Origin: a virus
Taxonomy: Duplodnaviria; Heunggongvirae; Uroviricota; Caudoviricetes
DNA: 37,226 nucleotides
Direction: 5' to 3' (one strand)
Virus record (IMG/VR): IMGVR_UViG_2529292736_000004
Each line of letters starts with the position of its first letter. Position 1 is the stretch's first letter. The notes beneath the pieces were generated by a model. It had not been told where the DNA came from and did not search any database. It worked only from the letters and a program-made list of their open reading frames with translations. Positions 31,056 to 37,226 of the stretch are shown here, piece after piece. The position numbers were made by a program, and so were the translations under genes.

Positions 31056-33609
31056 ACCGGTAGGCGATCTGGTCGTTGATTTGAGTCTGGATGCGGCCAG
31101 ATTTGACGAGCAGATGGCCAGAGTCAGGCGTCATTTTTCCGGTACGGAAAGTGATGCGAAAAAAACAGCGGCAGTCGTTGAACAGTCGCTGAGCCGACAG
31201 GCGCTGGCTGCACAGAAAGCGGGGATTTCCGTCGGGCAGTATAAAGCCGCCATGCGTATGCTGCCTGCACAGTTCACCGACGTGGCCACGCAGCTTGCAG
31301 GCGGGCAAAGTCCGTGGCTGATCCTGCTGCAACAGGGGGGGCAGGTGAAGGACTCCTTCGGCGGGATGATCCCCATGTTCAGGGGGCTTGCCGGTGCGAT
31401 CACCCTGCCGATGGTGGGGGCCACCTCGCTGGCGGTGGCGACCGGTGCGCTGGCGTATGCCTGGTATCAGGGCAACTCAACCCTGTCCGATTTCAACAAA
31501 ACGCTGGTCCTTTCCGGCAATCAGGCGGGACTGACGGCAGATCGTATGCTGGTCCTGTCCAGAGCCGGGCAGGCGGCAGGGCTGACGTTTAACCAGACCA
31601 GCGAGTCACTCAGCGCACTGGTTAAGGCGGGGGTAAGCGGTGAGGCTCAGATTGCGTCCATCAGCCAGAGTGTGGCGCGTTTCTCCTCTGCATCCGGCGT
31701 GGAGGTGGACAAGGTCGCTGAAGCCTTCGGGAAGCTGACCACAGACCCGACGTCGGGGCTGACGGCGATGGCACGCCAGTTCCATAACGTGACGGCGGAG
31801 CAGATTGCGTATGTTGCTCAGTTGCAGCGTTCCGGCGATGAAGCCGGGGCATTGCAGGCGGCGAACGAGGCCGCAACGAAAGGGTTTGATGACCAGACCC
31901 GCCGCCTGAAAGAGAACATGGGCACGCTGGAGACCTGGGCAGACAGGACAGCACGGGCATTCAAATCCATGTGGGATGCGGTGCTGGATATTGGTCGTCC
32001 TGATACCGCGCAGGAGATGCTGATTAAGGCAGAGGCTGCGTTTAAGAAAGCAGACGACATCTGGAATCTGCGCAAGGATGATTATTTTGTTAACGATGAA
32101 GCGCGGGCGCGTTACTGGGATGATCGTGAAAAGGCCCGTCTTGCGCTTGAAGCCGCCCGAAAGAAGGCTGAGCAGCAGACTCAACAGGACAAAAATGCGC
32201 AGCAGCAGAGCGATACCGAAGCGTCACGGCTGAAATATACCGAAGAGGCGCAGAAGGCTTACGAACGGCTGCAGACGCCGCTGGAGAAATATACCGCCCG
32301 TCAGGAAGAACTGAACAAGGCACTGAAAGACGGGAAAATCCTGCAGGCGGATTACAACACGCTGATGGCGGCGGCGAAAAAGGATTATGAAGCGACGCTG
32401 AAAAAGCCGAAACAGTCCGGCGTGAAGGTGTCTGCGGGCGATCGTCAGGAAGACAGTGCTCATGCTGCCCTGCTGACGCTTCAGGCAGAACTCCGGACGC
32501 TGGAGAAGCATGCCGGAGCAAATGAGAAAATCAGCCAGCAGCGCCGGGATTTGTGGAAGGCGGAGAGTCAGTTCGCGGTACTGGAGGAGGCGGCGCAACG
32601 TCGCCAGCTGTCTGCACAGGAGAAATCCCTGCTGGCGCATAAAGATGAGACGCTGGAGTACAAACGCCAGCTGGCTGCACTTGGCGACAAGGTTACGTAT
32701 CAGGAGCGCCTGAACGCGCTGGCGCAGCAGGCGGATAAATTCGCACAGCAGCAACGGGCAAAACGGGCCGCCATTGATGCAAAAAACCGGGGGCTGACTG
32801 ACCGGCAGGCAGCGCGGGAAGCCACGGAACAGCGCCTGAAGGAACAGTATGGCGATAATCCTCTGGCGCTGAATAACGTCATGTCAGAGCAGAAAAAGAC
32901 CTGGGCGGCTGAAGACCAGCTTTGCGGGAGCTGGATGGCAGGCCTGAAGTCCGGCTGGAGTGAGTGGGAAGAGAGCGCCACGGACAGTATGTCGCAGGTA
33001 AAAAGTGCAGCCACGCAGACCTTTGATGGTATTGCACAGAATATGGCGGCGATGCTGACCGGCAGTGAGCAGAACTGGCGCAGCTTCACCCGTTCCGTGC
33101 TGTCCATGATGACAGAAATTCTGCTTAAGCAGGCAATGGTGGGGATTGTCGGGAGTATCGGCAGCGCCATTGGCGGGGCTGTTGGTGGCGGCGCATCCGC
33201 GTCAGGCGGTACAGCCATTCAGGCCGCTGCGGCGAAATTCCATTTTGCAACCGGAGGATTTACGGGAACCGGCGGCAAATATGAGCCAGCGGGGATTGTT
33301 CACCGTGGTGAATTTGTCTTCACGAAGGAGGCAACCAGCCGGATTGGCGTAGGAAATCTTTACCGGCTGATGCGCGGCTATGCCACCGGCGGTTATGTCG
33401 GTACACCGGGCAGCATGGCGGACAGCCGGTCGCAGGCGTCCGGGACGTTTGAGCAGAATAACCATGTGGTGATTAACAACGACGGCACGAACGGTCAGAT
33501 AGGGCCACAGGCACTGAAGGCGGTTTATGACGTAGCCCGTAAGGCGGCAATGGATGTTGTGACCGGGCAGATGCGCGATGGTGGTCTGTTCTCCGGAGGT
33601 GGACGATGA
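31048..33609 (+). CDS. H: Tail tape-measure protein H, 853 aa
   Basis: Matches lambda gpH (MAEPVGDLVVDLSLDAARFDEQMARVRRHFSGTESDAKKTAAVVEQSLSRQALAAQKAGISVGQYKAAMRM...). Confidence 0.95.
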   Translation: MAEPVGDLVVDLSLDAARFDEQMARVRRHFSGTESDAKKTAAVVEQSLSRQALAAQKAGISVGQYKAAMRMLPAQFTDVATQLAGGQSPWLILLQQGGQVKDSFGGMIPMFRGLAGAITLPMVGATSLAVATGALAYAWYQGNSTLSDFNKTLVLSGNQAGLTADRMLVLSRAGQAAGLTFNQTSESLSALVKAGVSGEAQIASISQSVARFSSASGVEVDKVAEAFGKLTTDPTSGLTAMARQFHNVTAEQIAYVAQLQRSGDEAGALQAANEAATKGFDDQTRRLKENMGTLETWADRTARAFKSMWDAVLDIGRPDTAQEMLIKAEAAFKKADDIWNLRKDDYFVNDEARARYWDDREKARLALEAARKKAEQQTQQDKNAQQQSDTEASRLKYTEEAQKAYERLQTPLEKYTARQEELNKALKDGKILQADYNTLMAAAKKDYEATLKKPKQSGVKVSAGDRQEDSAHAALLTLQAELRTLEKHAGANEKISQQRRDLWKAESQFAVLEEAAQRRQLSAQEKSLLAHKDETLEYKRQLAALGDKVTYQERLNALAQQADKFAQQQRAKRAAIDAKNRGLTDRQAAREATEQRLKEQYGDNPLALNNVMSEQKKTWAAEDQLCGSWMAGLKSGWSEWEESATDSMSQVKSAATQTFDGIAQNMAAMLTGSEQNWRSFTRSVLSMMTEILLKQAMVGIVGSIGSAIGGAVGGGASASGGTAIQAAAAKFHFATGGFTGTGGKYEPAGIVHRGEFVFTKEATSRIGVGNLYRLMRGYATGGYVGTPGSMADSRSQASGTFEQNNHVVINNDGTNGQIGPQALKAVYDVARKAAMDVVTGQMRDGGLFSGGGR

Positions 33610-33935
33610 AAACCTTCCGCTGGAAAGTGAAACCCGGTATGGATGTGGCTTCGGCCCCTTCTGTAAGAAAGGTGCGCTTTGGTGATGGCTATTCCCAGCG
33701 AGCGCCTGCCGGGCTGAATGCCAACCTGAAAACGTACAGCGTGACGCTTTCTGTTCCCCGTTGGGAGGCCACGGTACTGGAGTCGTTTCTGGAAGAGCAC
33801 GGGGGCTGGAAGGCCTTTCTGTGGACGCCGCCTTATGAGTGGCGGCAGATAAAGGTGACCTGCGCAAAATGGTCGTCGCGGGTCAGTATGCTGCGTGTTG
33901 AGTTCAGCGCAGAGTTTGAACAGGTGGTGAACTGA
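33606..33935 (+). CDS. M: Tail tip assembly protein M, 109 aa
   Basis: MKTFRWKVKPGMDVASAPSVRKVRFGDGYSQRAPAGLNANLKTYSVTLSVPRWEATVLESFLEEHGGWKAF... matches lambda gpM. Confidence 0.95.
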   Translation: MKTFRWKVKPGMDVASAPSVRKVRFGDGYSQRAPAGLNANLKTYSVTLSVPRWEATVLESFLEEHGGWKAFLWTPPYEWRQIKVTCAKWSSRVSMLRVEFSAEFEQVVN

Positions 33936-34632
33936 TGCAGGATATCCGGCAGGAAACACTGAATGAATGCACCCGTGCGGAGCAGTCGGCCAGCGTGGTG
34001 CTCTGGGAAATCGACCTGACAGAGGTCGGTGGAGAACGTTATTTTTCTGTAATGAGCAGAACGAAAAAGGTGAGCCGGTCACCTGGCAGGGGCGACAGTA
34101 TCAGCCGTATCCCATTCAGGGGAGCGGTTTTGAACTGAATGGCAAAGGCACCAGTACGCGCCCCACGCTGACGGTTTCTAACCTGTACGGTATGGTCACC
34201 GGGATGGCGGCAGATATGCAGAGTCTGGTCGGCGGAACGGTGGTCCGGCGTAAGGTTTACGCCCGTTTTCTGGATGCGGTGAACTTCGTCAACGGAAACA
34301 GTTACGCCGATCCGGAGCAGGAGGTGATCAGCCGCTGGCGCATTGAGCAGTGCAGCGAACTGAGCGCGGTGAGTGCCTCCTTTGTACTGTCCACGCCGAC
34401 GGAAACGGATGGCGCTGTTTTTCCGGGACGTATCATGCTGGCCAACACCTGCACCTGGACCTATCGCGGTGATGAGTGCGGTTATCACGGTCCGGCTGTC
34501 GCGGATGAATATGACCAGCCAACGTCCGATATCACGAAGGATAAATGCAGCAAATGCCTGAGCGGTTGTAAGTTCCGCAATAACGTCGGCAACTTTGGCG
34601 GCTTCCTTTCCATTAACAAACTTTCGCAGTAA
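33935..34632 (+). pseudogene. L: Tail tip protein L, reading frame broken by a 1-nt deletion in a T-run (about 34042..34047)
   Basis: N-terminal 37 aa (MQDIRQETLNECTRAEQSASVVLWEIDLTEVGGERYF) are in one frame (track ORF 33935..34138); the rest (FFCNEQNEKGEPVTWQGRQYQPYPIQ...INKLSQ) is in the next frame (33967..34632). Both match lambda gpL. Confidence 0.8.
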
Positions 34633-34781
34633 ATCCCATGACACAGACAGAATCAGCGATTCTGGCGCACGCCCGGCGATGTGCGCCAGCGGAGTCGTGC
34701 GGCTTCGTGGTAAGCACGCCGGAGGGGGAAAGATATTTCCCCTGCGTGAATATCTCCGGTGAGCCGGAGGCGTATTTCCGT

Positions 34782-35381
34782 ATGTCGCCGGAAGACTGGC
34801 TGCAGGCAGAAATGCAGGGTGAGATTGTGGCGCTGGTCCACAGCCACCCCGGTGGTCTGCCCTGGCTGAGTGAGGCCGACCGGCGGCTGCAGGTGCAGAG
34901 TGATTTGCCGTGGTGGCTGGTCTGCCGGGGGACGATTCATAAGTTCCGCTGTGTGCCGCATCTCACCGGGCGGCGCTTTGAGCACGGTGTGACGGACTGT
35001 TACACACTGTTCCGGGATGCTTATCATCTGGCGGGGATTGAGATGCCGGACTTTCATCGTGAGGATGACTGGTGGCGTAACGGCCAGAATCTCTATCTGG
35101 ATAATCTGGAGGCGACGGGGCTGTATCAGGTGCCGTTGTCAGCGGCACAGCCGGGCGATGTGCTGCTGTGCTGTTTTGGTTCATCGGTGCCGAATCACGC
35201 CGCAATTTACTGCGGCGACGGCGAGCTGCTGCACCATATTCCTGAACAACTGAGCAAACGAGAGAGGTACACCGACAAATGGCAGCGACGCACACACTCC
35301 CTCTGGCGTCACCGGGCATGGCGCGCATCTGCCTTTACGGGGATTTACAACGATTTGGTCGCCGCATCGACCTTCGTGTGA
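34782..35381 (+). CDS. K: Tail tip assembly protein K (JAB/MPN plus NlpC/P60-like), 199 aa; the ORF is open in frame upstream to 34638
   Basis: MSPEDWLQAEMQGEIVALVHSHPGGLPWLSEADRR... (JAMM-type HxH...S..D motif) matches lambda gpK; ATG at 34782 behind GGAGG. Confidence 0.85.
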   Translation: MSPEDWLQAEMQGEIVALVHSHPGGLPWLSEADRRLQVQSDLPWWLVCRGTIHKFRCVPHLTGRRFEHGVTDCYTLFRDAYHLAGIEMPDFHREDDWWRNGQNLYLDNLEATGLYQVPLSAAQPGDVLLCCFGSSVPNHAAIYCGDGELLHHIPEQLSKRERYTDKWQRRTHSLWRHRAWRASAFTGIYNDLVAASTFV

Positions 35382-35950
35382 AAACGGGGGCTGAAGCTAT
35401 TCGGGCGCTGGCCACACAGCTCCCGGCGTTTCGTCAGAAACTGAGCGACGGCTGGTATCAGGTACGGATTGCCGGGCAGGATGTCAGCACGTCCGGATTA
35501 ACGGCGCAGTTATATGAGACTCTGCCTGATGGCGCTGTGATTCATATTGTTCCCAGAGTCGCCGGGGCCAAGTCAGGTGGCGTATTCCAGATTGTCCTGG
35601 GGGCTGCCGCCATTGCCGGATCATTCTTTACCGCCGGGGCCACCCTTGCAGCATGGGGGGCAGCCATTGGGGCCGGTGGTATGACCGGCATCCTGTTTTC
35701 TCTCGGTGCCAGTATGGTGCTCGGTGGTGTGGCGCAGATGCTGGCACCGAAAGCCAGAACTCCCCGTACACAGACAACGGATAACGGCAAACAGAACACG
35801 TATTTCTCCTCACTGGATAACATGGTTGCCCAGGGCAATGTTCTGCCGGTTCTGTACGGTGAAATGCGCGTGGGGTCGCGGGTGGTCTCTCAGGAGATCA
35901 GCACGGCAGACGAAGGGGATGGTGGTCAGGTTGTGGTGATTGGTCGCTGA
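35279..35950 (+). CDS. I: Tail tip assembly protein I, 223 aa
   Basis: MAATHTLPLASPGMARICLYGDLQRFGRRIDLRVKTGAEAIRALATQLPAFRQKLSDGWYQVRIAGQD... matches lambda gpI; the start overlaps K. Confidence 0.95.
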   Translation: MAATHTLPLASPGMARICLYGDLQRFGRRIDLRVKTGAEAIRALATQLPAFRQKLSDGWYQVRIAGQDVSTSGLTAQLYETLPDGAVIHIVPRVAGAKSGGVFQIVLGAAAIAGSFFTAGATLAAWGAAIGAGGMTGILFSLGASMVLGGVAQMLAPKARTPRTQTTDNGKQNTYFSSLDNMVAQGNVLPVLYGEMRVGSRVVSQEISTADEGDGGQVVVIGR

Positions 35951-36019
35951 TGAAAAACGTTTATGTGAAACCGCCTCCGGGCGGTTTTGTCGTTTATGGA
36001 GCGTGAGGAATGGGTAAAG

Positions 36020-37226
36020 GCAGCAGTAAGGGGCATACTCCGCGCGAAGCGAAGGACAACCTGAAGTCCACGCAGTTGCTGAGTGTGATCGATGCCATCA
36101 GCGAAGGGCCGGTTGAAGGTCCGGTGGATGGATTAAAAAGCGTGCTGCTGAACAGTACGCCAGTGCTGGACAGTGAGGGGAATACCAATATCTCCGGCGT
36201 CACGGTGGTGTTCCGGGCCGGTGAGCAGGAGCAGACACCGCCGGAGGGATTTGAATCCTCCGGCTCCGAGACGGTGCTGGGTACGGAAGTGAAATACGAC
36301 ACGCCGATCACCCGGACCATCACGTCGGCAAACATTGACCGACTGCGTTTTACCTTCGGCGTGCAGGCACTGGTGGAAACCACCTCAAAGGGGGACAGGA
36401 ATCCGTCGGAAGTCCGCCTGCTGGTTCAGATCCAGCGTAATGGTGGCTGGGTGACGGAAAAAGACATCACCATTAAGGGCAAAACCACCTCGCAGTATCT
36501 GGCCTCGGTGGTGGTGGATAACCTGCCGCCGCGCCCGTTTAATATCCGGATGCGCAGAATGACGCCGGACAGCACCACAGACCAGCTGCAGAACAAAACG
36601 CTCTGGTCGTCATACACCGAAATCATCGATGTGAAACAGTGCTACCCGAACACGGCACTGGTCGGCGTGCAGGTGGATTCGGAGCAGTTCGGCAGCCAGC
36701 AGGTGAGCCGTAATTATCATCTGCGCGGGCGCATTCTGCAGGTGCCGTCGAACTATAACCCGCAGACGCGGCAATACAGCGGTATCTGGGACGGAACGTT
36801 TAAACCGGCATACAGCAACAACATGGCCTGGTGTCTGTGGGATATGCTGACCCATCCGCGCTACGGCATGGGGAAACGTCTTGGTGCGGCGGATGTGGAC
36901 AAATGGGCGCTGTATGTCATCGGCCAGTACTGCGACCAGTCAGTGCCGGACGGCTTTGGCGGCACGGAGCCGCGCATCACCTGTAATGCGTACCTGACCA
37001 CACAGCGCAAGGCGTGGGATGTGCTCAGTGATTTCTGCTCGGCGATGCGCTGTATGCCGGTATGGAACGGGCAGACGCTGACGTTCGTGCAGGACCGACC
37101 ATCAGATAAGGTGTGGACCTATAACCGCAGTAATGTGGTGATGCCGGATGATGGCGCGCCGTTCCGCTACAGCTTCAGCGCCCTGAAGGACCGCCATAAT
37201 GCCGTTGAGGTGAACTGGATTGACCC
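36020..37226 (+). CDS. J: Central tail fibre / host-specificity protein J, N-terminal ~402 aa (partial; runs off the window end)
   Basis: Hand translation from the ATG at 36020: MGKGSSKGHTPREAKDNLKSTQLLSVIDAISEGPVEGPVDGLKSVLLNSTPVLD... matches lambda gpJ; not in the ORF track because no stop is reached. Confidence 0.9.

Overview
This window is the central ~37 kb of an integrated lambda-like (lambdoid) prophage of an enterobacterial host, in prophage order: gam'-kil-cIII-ea10-ral-sieB-N | immunity (cI/cro) | cII-O-P-ren | nin region-Q | porin moron | lysis | cos | Nu1-A-W-B-C-Nu3-D-E-FI-FII-Z-U-V-G/T-H-M-L-K-I-J(partial). All identifications are by reading translations and DNA against remembered lambda, P22 and DLP12 sequences; no search was run. 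The genome is mosaic: the head/tail genes, O, P, ren, ninB, ral, ea10, cIII and kil read as lambda; N and sieB read as P22-like; the nin/Q/lysis region reads as DLP12-like (MTase, ninE, rusA, ylcG, quuD, nmpC, essD, lysozyme, Rz/Rz1). Three IS elements interrupt it: an IS21-family end truncating gam, an IS629 between the late terminator and the holin, and an IS66-family element with an 8-bp target duplication between cosB and Nu1. Three genes (istB, O, L) carry single-base frameshifts, each inside a homopolymer run, so they are either sequencing errors or genuine decay. The most interesting locus is a low-GC two-gene cassette of unrecognised proteins sitting exactly where lambda carries rexA-rexB, co-transcribed with a hybrid cI repressor; it is a candidate uncharacterised phage-exclusion system.
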